A DNA stretch of 59,143 bases. Source: an uncultured virus (IMG/VR IMGVR_UViG_3300007512_002205). Lineage: Duplodnaviria > Heunggongvirae > Uroviricota > Caudoviricetes. The notes under the pieces were generated by a model. It saw only the letters and a list, made by a program, of their open reading frames with translations. It was not told the origin of the DNA and did not search any database. This document shows, piece by piece, positions 20,148 to 29,916 of the stretch (position 1 is its first letter; the number at the start of each line of letters is the position of its first letter). The position numbers and the translations under genes are program-made. The stretch covers positions 62,001 to 121,143 of the IMG/VR virus record IMGVR_UViG_3300007512_002205; one strand, given 5' to 3'.

Positions 20148-20650
20148 TTATAATCTTCTCTTAACATTCCAAGAACATGAGCATCAAGATATTTACCATC
20201 TTTGTAAACATGTTGTCTCAGAGTCCCTTCGTCTTTGAAGCCGATTTTTCTATACAAACCAATAGCTTCATTGTTGTCATACACCTCACACCAAATTCTG
20301 TTAAGGTTTAAACTCTCAAAGCCGTGTTTTATTATTGTCTTTAACATATCAGAACCATAACCATTGCCACGATATCGTTCCCCAACGGTTATAGCAAACT
20401 CTGCTGTCTGATAAATCGGGTGAATATATGTTAAGCCAACAGCCCCAACAACAGTAGCTTGGTCGCACGCTACAAAGTACTGCCATGAATCATCATTAAG
20501 AATTTTGTCTCTCCACCAACGACGCTGATCCTCGATTCCCATGACCCTATACTCACGGAAATAAGGCAAATACATATTTCGCCACAACAACAACTTACTA
20601 AGGTGCTCTTCTTCAACCGCTCTCAATATTATCCTTTTGCCTTTTATCAT
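20129..20650 (-). CDS. GNAT N-acetyltransferase, PseH/RimL-like
   Basis: LLWRN, YRGNGYG, NNEAIGLYRKIGFKDEG; lies in the nonulosonate cluster. Confidence 0.8.
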   Translation of the reverse strand: MIKGKRIILRAVEEEHLSKLLLWRNMYLPYFREYRVMGIEDQRRWWRDKILNDDSWQYFVACDQATVVGAVGLTYIHPIYQTAEFAITVGERYRGNGYGSDMLKTIIKHGFESLNLNRIWCEVYDNNEAIGLYRKIGFKDEGTLRQHVYKDGKYLDAHVLGMLREDYKWRNWK

Positions 20651-21300
20651 TTCACCACCTGTCGTAACAATTGAAACTTTTCAGCATATTCAAGGCCGAC
20701 TTCTGCTCCCCAAACTCTCATAAGGTTTTCTAAATTTTCACGAGATCTTGAATGAGGGTGCTCTCTCAACTCTCCACCATAATATTGTTCAATATTGTCG
20801 AGTTTAACCTTTTGATGATCCTCAACATCAAAATATACGTTTCCTTGAAAAGTGTTAAGCGGGTTATAATCCGTTGAAGACGGTACAAAATAAGCATAAA
20901 TCGCCATTTCGCTTCCATGTTGCGGCCTAAAAGCTGTCAAAGTTGCCCTAGTGACTGTCGCATGATCAATGTTTAAGCAACTCGGGTGATGTGTAAAAAT
21001 GATATCCGGCTCAAAGTTCACGTTCTTTTCAATAAACTTACAGACATTAAGCAATGGAACAGAATCCATCTTGTTATCTGGGAAGTTGCCCGCCTTACAG
21101 CTCTTGACTCCCATAAAGTTTGCCAATGTCATGAGTTCCGGTATTCTTGTGTACCCTTCGTACTCATTATCCCTTGCCCCACTACCATCTGCAAAGACAA
21201 GAATGTGAACTTCATGACCCTCTTCAATAAGTTTCGCCATGGTCCCTCCACAGCCAAGAAGCTCATCGTCGGGGTGCGCTGCCATTACTAAAACTTTCAT
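20647..21300 (-). CDS. PIG-L/LmbE family N-deacetylase
   Basis: AAHPDDELLGCGG, FTHH...DH, AEKF. Confidence 0.9.
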   Translation of the reverse strand: MKVLVMAAHPDDELLGCGGTMAKLIEEGHEVHILVFADGSGARDNEYEGYTRIPELMTLANFMGVKSCKAGNFPDNKMDSVPLLNVCKFIEKNVNFEPDIIFTHHPSCLNIDHATVTRATLTAFRPQHGSEMAIYAYFVPSSTDYNPLNTFQGNVYFDVEDHQKVKLDNIEQYYGGELREHPHSRSRENLENLMRVWGAEVGLEYAEKFQLLRQVVK

Positions 21301-22001
21301 TATTCATCCTCCACGAACTCAACGTTCGCTGTTAACTTGCCATTTTCCAAGCGTGCCCCTGTAAATTCCAAACGATAATTGTTGTATTCAACAAAAGCTT
21401 TTGGATAATCAGGCGCATCTAACATTCTGATGTGATCATAAAGCTCTGTCAAGCCACATTCGGTAACAATCTCACTTTGCGCCGGCTTTCGGCGTTTAAA
21501 TTTTGTCACAGTTCCAATTTGTGGCTTTGGAACAATGTTCATTTTTGCGATTCTCCACATCATATCTTCAATAATAAGACCTGCTCTCTTGTAAATTTCT
21601 TCTGCTGTCCCATCGAGGGATAACATCTCTTTAAGGTAAACGTCTCCTGCGTCTAAATTGTCAGTACATTGTAATGCTGCTATTTTTGTCAAGCTATGGC
21701 CTCTTTTTATAAGATTTTGAAGAGGTGAGCCTCCTCGGCCATAAGGAACATCCGTCATGTGAAAAATTATCACCTCGTACTTTTCATAAATTTCTTTTGG
21801 AATCTTCTTTGAGTAAAATGGAACAAAGATTTTCCTATCCGAGGACGAAGTAAAGTGCTCGATGACAGTGTGTACATTTGCCCACATAGGATCCGGGTTC
21901 AATAGATCTTCTTCCTGGATAACAAACCACTGGGTGGCACTTCGTTGCCTCAGTCTCTCAACATCAATATATTTTAAATCTTTACAAAGAATATATGCCA
22001 T
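21300..22001 (-). CDS. Sugar N-formyltransferase (methionyl-tRNA formyltransferase-like)
   Basis: FHMTDVPYGRGGSPLQNLI, LDAGDV, YDHIRMLDAPDYPKAF; ATG at 22001 coupled to the neuB stop. Confidence 0.85.
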   Translation of the reverse strand: MAYILCKDLKYIDVERLRQRSATQWFVIQEEDLLNPDPMWANVHTVIEHFTSSSDRKIFVPFYSKKIPKEIYEKYEVIIFHMTDVPYGRGGSPLQNLIKRGHSLTKIAALQCTDNLDAGDVYLKEMLSLDGTAEEIYKRAGLIIEDMMWRIAKMNIVPKPQIGTVTKFKRRKPAQSEIVTECGLTELYDHIRMLDAPDYPKAFVEYNNYRLEFTGARLENGKLTANVEFVEDE

Positions 22002-23020
22002 TATTTTTTTCCCCACTTTGTTAAAGCCTCGCCCTCCAACAACTCCTCCTTGCACTCTTTACCAAGAATATTATAAAACTCTTCAGCCGGAATATTATGT
22101 TCAAAACACGGTCTTATCGTTGTTATGTTGTCTTTCGTAAAAATCTCACCGGGATTAATACGCTTTTTCGCCACGATTGACCTTTTCGCATGAGCAAATT
22201 TTTGTTCGCTTATCGTTAATGTTGATCCGTGCCTTTCTCCCATTGCTATTTCAACTTTGCGAATATTTTCAATCATCTGTTTTAACTCATTAGGTTCAAT
22301 AGCAAAACTATGGTCAGGTCCACGACCTTCTCTATCCATCGTGAAATGTTTTTCTATCACTGACGCCCCTAATGCAACAGCAACTGGTGGGATCAAGATC
22401 CCCTTTGTGTGATCAGAGAGGCCGCGCTTTGGGCATATCTCTTTACTAAATTGTTTCCTATAAACTGTTTGATATCGAATGGTTCCAAGCCTAATATCTT
22501 CAAGCGGCGTCGGGTATGCACTATTACAATGAAGGAATGTTATGTCGGGATCTTTATTTTCTTCCAAGACCCAATCAATGATATCGCTTGGGTTTGCCCC
22601 ACAGCCAAGTGATATAACCAATGGTAAACCTGTTGAGGCAACAAGCCTGACGAATCTCGGGTCACTCGCCTCAAAACTTCCAATTTTAAATCTTTTCATT
22701 CCAAGCTCATAAAGCTCTTCAACCGCTCTTTCATCAAACGGTGTCGACAAGAACTCAACGTCAAAACTCTCACAAATTTCTTTTAAATCCTTTTGCCAAT
22801 GTCTTGGAATTTCAATTCTTTTGATAAGCTTATTGATGTTTTTGTACCCAGCAAAATCAGGGGTGTTTTTTGAATATAAAGTTTCCGCTGAATATGTCTG
22901 AAACTTGACGGCATTAGCTCCCGCTTCGGCAGCAACCTCTATCATCTTCCAAGCTTTGCCGAACTCACGATCGTGGTTGGCTCCAACTTCCGCGATTACA
23001 TATGTCTTTTTAGAATTCAT
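22001..23020 (-). CDS. neuB: Nonulosonic acid synthase 1 (NeuB/PseI/LegI family) with C-terminal SAF domain
   Basis: IAEVGANH, KFQTY, STPFD, LHCNSAYP, GLSDHT, IEKHFT, GPDH, and RSIVAKKRI SAF domain. Confidence 0.93.
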   Translation of the reverse strand: MNSKKTYVIAEVGANHDREFGKAWKMIEVAAEAGANAVKFQTYSAETLYSKNTPDFAGYKNINKLIKRIEIPRHWQKDLKEICESFDVEFLSTPFDERAVEELYELGMKRFKIGSFEASDPRFVRLVASTGLPLVISLGCGANPSDIIDWVLEENKDPDITFLHCNSAYPTPLEDIRLGTIRYQTVYRKQFSKEICPKRGLSDHTKGILIPPVAVALGASVIEKHFTMDREGRGPDHSFAIEPNELKQMIENIRKVEIAMGERHGSTLTISEQKFAHAKRSIVAKKRINPGEIFTKDNITTIRPCFEHNIPAEEFYNILGKECKEELLEGEALTKWGKK

Positions 23021-23879
23021 ATTTTAGTCCTTCGTTTATTTTGTCAATCAGGTGTATTGCTTCATCAAAAGAATTGATACACCCTTCTACATCATATATC
23101 AGGTTTCCTACAAAGTACCTCATCTCAAATTCATACATCTCATTACTTGGTACAATATTAATGGGTTTGTCGTAGTAATAACAGCTTGGTGAATAAGGAA
23201 ACATAAAAAACCTTGTATACTCTGGTGCTAAATAATCCAAATGGATATAAGCAACCTGTCCGTTTCTGAAATAAATCTTCCCATCGCATACATCCTCTGT
23301 GTCAACTGTTACGTCTGACACTTTCTTTGCAACAACATCGATCTTATCAATTTCTCCATACCAATGATAAAGATAGTCGAACTCATGTATGGCATCAAAT
23401 GTTATGCCGCCACCCATACTTTTGTTTGCACTATATAATTCAAGATGTTTCCCGTCATTATGCCATTTTTTCAAATCATAACCAAAATGAGCATATGCAA
23501 CATCTGGTTTCTTAAAAAAGCCATGGTTTGCCACCTGGGCTATCTCTTCATGAAATCTCAAATTGCAACCGACCATATTTGGAAGGTTTTTGTGTTTCAC
23601 ACAACGCCTTATTTTCGTCAAAAGCTCTTTATCTTTTTCTCGATAAAACGGTTTTTCACAAAACGTTGGAATGCCCCTCCTAACAAGTTCATATGTGTGT
23701 TGAAGATGAAGGTTCGTCGGGCTGCACACAAGGCCAAAATCCCAAACACGACTGTTTAATATCGCATTAAGGTTGTGAGCCTCGTCGACATCAACTGTTC
23801 GAACATCAATGCCCATCTCCTTCAAATTCCTCTTATGGCGCTTTCCGATTGAACCATTCCCAATTATAACTGCTTTCAC
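23010..23879 (-). CDS. Gfo/Idh/MocA family oxidoreductase
   Basis: IIGNGSIGKRH, CEKP, GCNLRFH, GGGITFDAIHEFD. Confidence 0.88.
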   Translation of the reverse strand: MKAVIIGNGSIGKRHKRNLKEMGIDVRTVDVDEAHNLNAILNSRVWDFGLVCSPTNLHLQHTYELVRRGIPTFCEKPFYREKDKELLTKIRRCVKHKNLPNMVGCNLRFHEEIAQVANHGFFKKPDVAYAHFGYDLKKWHNDGKHLELYSANKSMGGGITFDAIHEFDYLYHWYGEIDKIDVVAKKVSDVTVDTEDVCDGKIYFRNGQVAYIHLDYLAPEYTRFFMFPYSPSCYYYDKPINIVPSNEMYEFEMRYFVGNLIYDVEGCINSFDEAIHLIDKINEGLKYEF

Positions 23880-24568
23880 TTGTTCCTCAAAATATACATC
23901 TGTTCTGCCAAATCAAATTGCCATGGATAATCAATATCAAAGACTTCTTCTTCTTTCATGCTATAAAAGGCGACTTCGTAATTTTCAAAATTACCCATAT
24001 AAATTCCTTTTTCAATATCTTCAATTTGTCCGGCATACAATGTATGTGCCGCTTCATAGGTTGTTCCAACCAATTTTGTTTCCAGGGTAACAAGGTGCTC
24101 TTTTTTTCCATGAAAGAGATTTATCATCTTCCCTTGGCTGTTATAAAAGAAGTTTCTTCTTGGAACCACCGCGAACATTCCCGTCCGCTCTTCAGGCATT
24201 GCAAGAAACTCTTCAATAAAATTGTCGATTGTTTCTGTGGTCACAAGCGGATTGCAGGCACCCAAATTCACATAATGTTTAAAGGGTAATAGTCTCCACT
24301 CAAATATCTTTTGAAGTGTTATTGGTTCTTCCAAGGTCCCCTTGCCCCTCATAAACATATTCACTTTGTATTTGAGGGCAATCTCTTCAAGCTCTTTGTC
24401 CAATATCGACACATAAAAATTCTCCTTTGGAATCTTAGAGGAGAGCACTTTCTTTATTGCTATTTCAAACAGGCACGAATCAGCAAAAGGTCGAATCATC
24501 TTCCGCTCAATGCGAGATGAATCGACCCTTGCTTGAATTATGAAAAGAGTATCTTCAATCTTCCTCAT
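23876..24568 (-). CDS. CMP-nonulosonate synthetase-like cytidylyltransferase 1 (NeuA/PseF family)
   Basis: IIQARVDSSRIERKMIRPFA, CNPL, FDIDYPWQF. Confidence 0.82.
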   Translation of the reverse strand: MRKIEDTLFIIQARVDSSRIERKMIRPFADSCLFEIAIKKVLSSKIPKENFYVSILDKELEEIALKYKVNMFMRGKGTLEEPITLQKIFEWRLLPFKHYVNLGACNPLVTTETIDNFIEEFLAMPEERTGMFAVVPRRNFFYNSQGKMINLFHGKKEHLVTLETKLVGTTYEAAHTLYAGQIEDIEKGIYMGNFENYEVAFYSMKEEEVFDIDYPWQFDLAEQMYILRNK

Positions 24569-25832
24569 CTTTGTCTCTCTTTAGAAAAACAGAAACGCTT
24601 CTTTTTCCGTTCAAAGCCCCATCGATATCATTCATGTTCGCTTTCACAAAGGCGAATGATTGTTCTGCCGCAGCTACTGCATCTTCAATATCACTTTCTG
24701 TATGTGAGAACTGAAGGTATAGGACGTTTGAGAAAAAGACGTTAAAATCGATCATCCTCTGATAAAACAAATCTCTCATCCCGGAGGGGTCCTTATACGA
24801 TTTATCAAAAGTAAGGTTATGTCTTAAGCCAGTCCCTGCAAAATTAATGAGGAGTTTGTGTTTGGTTGCGGCATTATTGATTCCTTGTATAAACTTTCGG
24901 TTTAGTTCCCACAGTGCTCCGTAATCTTTTTTCTTCAATTCTTCAATCGTTGCAACTGCTGCCGCCATCGAAAGACATTCCCCTCCAAAAGTCATTGAAA
25001 AGAAAACATGATTCAATTCTTCCATGTATTTCTTCTTTCCACAAATAACACTTAGTGGAAGTCCATTTGCAATCGATTTCCCAAGTGTTGTCAAATCTGG
25101 AATGACATCAAACATTTCTTGTGCGCCACCAAGGCCCCAACGATATCCTGTCACGACCTCATCAAAGATAAGCAAAGCCTCATACTTTGTTGCAAGTTCG
25201 CGCACACCATCTAAATAACCCGGTTTCGGCGCTTCCAAAGCCTCAGCTTCCATGATGATGCAGGCAACTTCATATTTTTTCAAAAGACTCTCAAGGTCGT
25301 CCAAGTCGTTGTATTTGAACTCGCTGATTATCTTTTTCATGCTCTTCGGAATGCCGTGTTCACGGCCTGTTGTAATACCATGCCAATCAGACCACCCATG
25401 ATAGCCGCACTTCAAAACATGTTCTTTCCCAGTGTATGACCTTGCGATACGAACTGCTGCTGTGCAGACATCTGTTCCGTTCTTTGCAAACCGAACCATT
25501 TCTGCACTTGGAACAGTTTCAACAATAAGTTTCGCAAGTTTGGTTTCCAATAGTGTTGGTAACGGAAAAATTGTTCCCTTCTCCAACTGCTTTTTAATCG
25601 CCTCGTTCACAACAGGATCCCCGTATCCAAGAACAATTGGGCCAAGCCCGCACATAAAATCAAGGTATTCCCGGCCATCTATACCAACAATCGTTGCGCC
25701 GTAAGCTCTATCTGCAAATATAGGATAAACCCCCTCAACAAACTGATCTGGGCATTTACTAAGTGTCATCGTCCCTCTTGGGATATAACGACAAGCATTC
25801 TCCCACAATCTCACCTCCTTCGTCCTCATCAT
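24555..25832 (-). CDS. Class III PLP aminotransferase (GSA-aminomutase-like, sugar pathway)
   Basis: RFAKNGTD, GYHGWSDW, LIFDEVVTGYR, PDLTTLGKSIANG. Confidence 0.88.
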   Translation of the reverse strand: MMRTKEVRLWENACRYIPRGTMTLSKCPDQFVEGVYPIFADRAYGATIVGIDGREYLDFMCGLGPIVLGYGDPVVNEAIKKQLEKGTIFPLPTLLETKLAKLIVETVPSAEMVRFAKNGTDVCTAAVRIARSYTGKEHVLKCGYHGWSDWHGITTGREHGIPKSMKKIISEFKYNDLDDLESLLKKYEVACIIMEAEALEAPKPGYLDGVRELATKYEALLIFDEVVTGYRWGLGGAQEMFDVIPDLTTLGKSIANGLPLSVICGKKKYMEELNHVFFSMTFGGECLSMAAAVATIEELKKKDYGALWELNRKFIQGINNAATKHKLLINFAGTGLRHNLTFDKSYKDPSGMRDLFYQRMIDFNVFFSNVLYLQFSHTESDIEDAVAAAEQSFAFVKANMNDIDGALNGKRSVSVFLKRDKDEED

Positions 25833-26797
25833 TTTGACTCCTCAACTCCACGAATTATAAGTTTTGCAAGCTCTTCGTTATCTTTGGAAGCACACAAATC
25901 AGAATTCAAAAGAGCCCCTTTGTATGGTATCGTCCCAAAATGCGCTCTATTAGAATACTGCGGCAATATCGCCAACAATTTCCCATTGACTTCAAACGTT
26001 CGCTCTAATTCCAGTTCAGATAACATATCTTCATGAATCTTTTCTCCGGGCCGCAAACCAATTACATCATATGATATATCTTTCACATCAAGACATTTTT
26101 TCAAAGCTTCCAGCACACTCGTCATCCTATAAGATTTTAACTTAGGAACAAACACTTCCCCGCCGCTCATATAATGAAGTGCAGAAATGACAGCCTTGGC
26201 TGCATCGTGAAGTGTGAACAAGAATCGACTGCACTCAAGCGAAGTGACTCCAATCATTTCGCCATTCTTTATGGCGTTCATCCACATTGGGATAAAAGAC
26301 CCACGACTTGCAATGACATTTCCATATCGTATTGAAGCAAGCCTTGTTGAAGAGTAGCTGTAATCAAAGTTTGTAAAAAGTCGTTCAGCTAAGAACTTGC
26401 TTGCACCATATGTATTCACTGGCAAACAAGCTTTGTCTGTCGACACAAGAACACATCTCTGCACACCGTTCTCAATAGCGGCATTTGCCACGTTTTTTGA
26501 CCCCTCAACGTTCGTAGCGATACACTCTGTTGGGTGTATTTCCATATCATCAATTCTTTTCAATGCCGCAGCATGAATTACATGAGTTGGTTGAAACATC
26601 TTCATGACACTATTAAGTCTTTTATAATCTCTAACATCACCAATGAAACATTTGACGCTGGGTTCTCTACCAAAATACTTCGCCAACTTAGCCTCATTAC
26701 GACTATAAACGGCAATGGTGTGCCGACCCTCTTCTTTCAATATCGCGACCAAAGCTCTTCCAAGAGATCCAGATCCTCCTGTTATCAATATTTTCAT
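25829..26797 (-). CDS. pseB: UDP-GlcNAc 4,6-dehydratase, PseB-like (soluble)
   Basis: TGGSGSLG, YSRNEAK, GDVRD, HAAALK, STDKA, YGASK, RYGNVIASRGS, GLRPGEKIHE; no TM domain. Confidence 0.85.
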   Translation of the reverse strand: MKILITGGSGSLGRALVAILKEEGRHTIAVYSRNEAKLAKYFGREPSVKCFIGDVRDYKRLNSVMKMFQPTHVIHAAALKRIDDMEIHPTECIATNVEGSKNVANAAIENGVQRCVLVSTDKACLPVNTYGASKFLAERLFTNFDYSYSSTRLASIRYGNVIASRGSFIPMWMNAIKNGEMIGVTSLECSRFLFTLHDAAKAVISALHYMSGGEVFVPKLKSYRMTSVLEALKKCLDVKDISYDVIGLRPGEKIHEDMLSELELERTFEVNGKLLAILPQYSNRAHFGTIPYKGALLNSDLCASKDNEELAKLIIRGVEESK

Positions 26798-27921
26798 TCG
26801 TATACCCGCTTCCAAAATTCATTTACGTCCGTATTGTACCATTCTTGAATGAAGTCTTCAACCCCTTTCTTGTACTCGGACTCACTCCACCCTTCTATCG
26901 AATCAAAAATCAAACCCCTTTCAAACAGATCTTTGTATCTCGGGCTCATAAACTTCAACTTTTCTTCGACAAGAGAACCTTCTCTCGGTAAAAACACAGG
27001 GGTTCTACAGATTGCAGCTTCGATGTCAGCGATAGATGACACATCTGAAAGGTACAGCATGTTTGAAATGTGCATGGCTTTCCAGATCACTTCTGGGAAA
27101 TGGCCAAAACCACTCAACTCCTTGTCAATCAGGTCAGAGAATTCATCGTACTTCTTAACCTCAGCGGAATCTTTTCTTCTGGCTATATCGTATTCACTCA
27201 ATCTTCTACGACAAATCACATAATAACCAAGTTCTTTCAGCTTCTTCAAGTTCTCTTTGCAGCTCTCATAATATTCAGACTCGCTTCCATGAACTGTTAG
27301 TTGTTTGTCAGCTCTCCTAAAGGAAAACAAAACGACCTTTTTGTCCTTTGGGACCCCAAATTCTTCCTTTATTTCATCTTTTTTGTGCTGGGACAAGATG
27401 CTCTTGTAGTGTCCCAAAATATCAACCGCCTCAAAGGAGTTTGAATATAAATCAAGATAGCCATAATTAAAAGGTCCCATCTCATAAAGCCCACAAATGT
27501 CTTCTTCAAGCCAAGCCTCGCTATGCAAAAAGATTTTCAGGTTGCCTTTGTACGCCGGTAAGACCTGAATCAACCTATGGAAATAACAACGCTCCATGCT
27601 CAGGGCAACATACTTCACACGCTCGATTGGTTTAAACACAAAAAATTCTCTTCCAACAGACAAACAGATATCACATGTTGATATAAGTTCCATCATTTCT
27701 TCCTTGTCGCGACAAACACACATATCACTTAAAACCAAGTTGGCTTCTTCAATCTGGTTTGAGTCAAAACATTTTTCAAGAGCTTTCCTCTTGCCAAGGT
27801 TAAATTCTGTTTCGTGTGAAAAATCTGTAATCGCAAACTTTACAGCATCTGGTGATGTTCTGTCGATAAGAGCGGCTAAGGGGATATCTCTCGGTTGATT
27901 CAAAAGCATTAACATTCTCAT
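26794..27921 (-). CDS. Hypothetical protein, possible GT-B-fold transferase or hydrolase
   Basis: 375 aa; C-terminal AMHISNMLYLSDVSSIADIEAAICRTPV resembles the GT-B donor-binding S..xEA..P motif. Confidence 0.45.
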   Translation of the reverse strand: MRMLMLLNQPRDIPLAALIDRTSPDAVKFAITDFSHETEFNLGKRKALEKCFDSNQIEEANLVLSDMCVCRDKEEMMELISTCDICLSVGREFFVFKPIERVKYVALSMERCYFHRLIQVLPAYKGNLKIFLHSEAWLEEDICGLYEMGPFNYGYLDLYSNSFEAVDILGHYKSILSQHKKDEIKEEFGVPKDKKVVLFSFRRADKQLTVHGSESEYYESCKENLKKLKELGYYVICRRRLSEYDIARRKDSAEVKKYDEFSDLIDKELSGFGHFPEVIWKAMHISNMLYLSDVSSIADIEAAICRTPVFLPREGSLVEEKLKFMSPRYKDLFERGLIFDSIEGWSESEYKKGVEDFIQEWYNTDVNEFWKRVYE

Positions 27922-28541
27922 ACTTCAAACTCCTCGTATTCTTTTGTTTTTGTTTTGTTATTGTTATGCATTCGATAACGATAGAATGGTATGCGAAGAT
28001 GGTGAATTTTATAATAACTGTCAAGTCGCTTTCTTAACTCTTCCTCTTCTCGATGACGAATGCCTTTCTTATAACCCCCTAATTGAAGGAGGAGATCTTT
28101 CCTGTACATAATTCCACAAGACACGTTTTCTTGCTCTGCATATTTGCGTTCTAATATTTCTTCATGATCATCAACCATTAGATAATCGCACGAAACACAA
28201 AAAGCATCGTGATTGGCCTCAAGATATGTTTTCATAAAGTGACACATGTCGGCACTTATGAAATCATCTGCATCTACACGAACAACATATTGCCCCAAAG
28301 CCGCCTTAAAACCTTTGTTGGCTGTTTCTCCTACACCAAGGTTTTTCCTATTCTGTTTGAGTCTTACGCGGGATATATATGGTTGCAGTTGTTCTATGGA
28401 ATCATCACTCGAACAATCATCAACAACGATAACCTCGTGGTTAACATTGCGCTGTGACAAACAACTCCGTAGACATCTTCCGATATACTTACCGTAGTTG
28501 AAGTTTGTTACGATAATTGAAACGTCAGGAAAGTTCTCCAT
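27918..28541 (-). CDS. Glycosyltransferase family 2
   Basis: VSIIVTNFN, VIVVDDCSSD, RVDADD. Confidence 0.9.
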   Translation of the reverse strand: MENFPDVSIIVTNFNYGKYIGRCLRSCLSQRNVNHEVIVVDDCSSDDSIEQLQPYISRVRLKQNRKNLGVGETANKGFKAALGQYVVRVDADDFISADMCHFMKTYLEANHDAFCVSCDYLMVDDHEEILERKYAEQENVSCGIMYRKDLLLQLGGYKKGIRHREEEELRKRLDSYYKIHHLRIPFYRYRMHNNNKTKTKEYEEFEV

Positions 28542-29235
28542 TTTCCCTCAATATGGCCAGTTCTTTTATCTGCTCTCTAAGAGAGAATAAAGTCTGGTGT
28601 GTAAGAGAGCAAGAATGTGCTTTTTCGAACTCTCTTTTTATCTTTGTATCGATTGTATAGTGTTTTTCAAGGTATTGAGCCCCTCTGGTGTACGCCAAAA
28701 TGGCTGCTGAGTTACCTATGACATGATCACTAAAGCCGTAGTAACCTTTCTCATCGAATTTGGCCGGCATTTTAACTTCGTGAAGCTGTGTTGGGTATTT
28801 GGCAATGCAAAACAAATACCTAATATTTGGATCGTGACCAAAAGGAAACTCTCCAAATGGGAATTTGCCGAGTGAAATGTACGTCAATTTGTTCATGTTT
28901 AAAATCTTCTCACACAACCCCTTTTCCTTGAGTGCTGTTATGCTGGCGATCTTATACGAGTCGACCCCCATATCATTTATAAGTTCCAAGCCTCTCTCAT
29001 CAAAGACAGTGGCTTGGAATGGTATGCCTTGGTTGTCACAATACTTTTTGAAATCCAAAACCTCGTCGTCTGTCATCTCAAGGTATTTTCGTGAGTCGTC
29101 TCCCCAAATCCTTTGACTGTTCAGAATCTGAATCTTTACAGCATCAGCTCCAAAAACTTTTGCAGCACCTGCCATATTTTTCAACCTTTGGAGATCTCCA
29201 GAGTGTTGATTAAAAAGGTCAACAACAATTTTCAT
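28525..29235 (-). CDS. neuB: Nonulosonic acid synthase 2 (NeuB family, no SAF domain)
   Basis: NQHSGD, GADAVKIQ, TVFD, KIAS, CIAKYPT, GFSDH, LEKHYT; 236 aa. Confidence 0.85.
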   Translation of the reverse strand: MKIVVDLFNQHSGDLQRLKNMAGAAKVFGADAVKIQILNSQRIWGDDSRKYLEMTDDEVLDFKKYCDNQGIPFQATVFDERGLELINDMGVDSYKIASITALKEKGLCEKILNMNKLTYISLGKFPFGEFPFGHDPNIRYLFCIAKYPTQLHEVKMPAKFDEKGYYGFSDHVIGNSAAILAYTRGAQYLEKHYTIDTKIKREFEKAHSCSLTHQTLFSLREQIKELAILRENGELS

Positions 29236-29286
29236 TATAGCCCCACTTTACTTTCGTAATAACATCTTCCGCTTGTTCTTTTTCGG

Positions 29287-29916
29287 TCATAGTTCCTTCC
29301 ACATGGTTGATTCTTCAAGGGGCGTGTACTCAAGGTGGTTCCCTTGCGTTTGTACTTTATACAGACCGCCCTTATCCTTTTTCTTTATCTCAGTTAAAAC
29401 ACGCTCTCTGTCGGATTCAAGTCCTGCAACTTTGCCAACGTGATCTTCGAAGAGAATACTGCCAAATTCAAAATCTGTTAAATTTGTGTTTATGTCTTCA
29501 AGAATATCGTACTCGCTTCCTTCGGTATCAATTTTCAAAATATCAATTTTTTCAATTTCAGGATATACCTCAAGAAATTTGCTTAAAGTAATTACGCGAA
29601 CTTCCGTTTTAAAATGAGAACTGACATTGTACTTCCCCTTCTTCAATGAAGAACCAGCATTGCCAACATAATCTGAGCCTGACTGGGAATCTGTTCTCGG
29701 ATCAAATTTCTTATAAAATGTAGCAAGGCCACCTTTTGCACCAACAGCAAGGCTGTAAATTGTGACCTTTGGGTTATCTTTGTATTTTTCACAAAGAAAA
29801 TCGTTGTTAACAAAAAGAGGTTCAAATGCATAAATCATTTCAATATCACCCCCATACTTTGCCAAGCAGTCATCAATAAAAATTCCAATGCACGCACCAA
29901 TATCAAATATTATCAT
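29287..29916 (-). CDS. FkbM family methyltransferase
   Basis: FDIGACIG, YAFEP, IDILKIDTEGSEYDIL. Confidence 0.9.
   Translation of the reverse strand: MIIFDIGACIGIFIDDCLAKYGGDIEMIYAFEPLFVNNDFLCEKYKDNPKVTIYSLAVGAKGGLATFYKKFDPRTDSQSGSDYVGNAGSSLKKGKYNVSSHFKTEVRVITLSKFLEVYPEIEKIDILKIDTEGSEYDILEDINTNLTDFEFGSILFEDHVGKVAGLESDRERVLTEIKKKDKGGLYKVQTQGNHLEYTPLEESTMWKEL

Noticed and set aside
21300..22001. fmt (translation initiation formyltransferase)
   Set aside because: Short HMTD-type variant next to neuB and a PIG-L deacetylase, a context typical of sugar formyltransferases.
24555..25832. hemL (tetrapyrrole synthesis)
   Set aside because: GSA-aminomutase-like, but embedded between pseB and neuA with no hem genes; a sugar aminotransferase role fits better.
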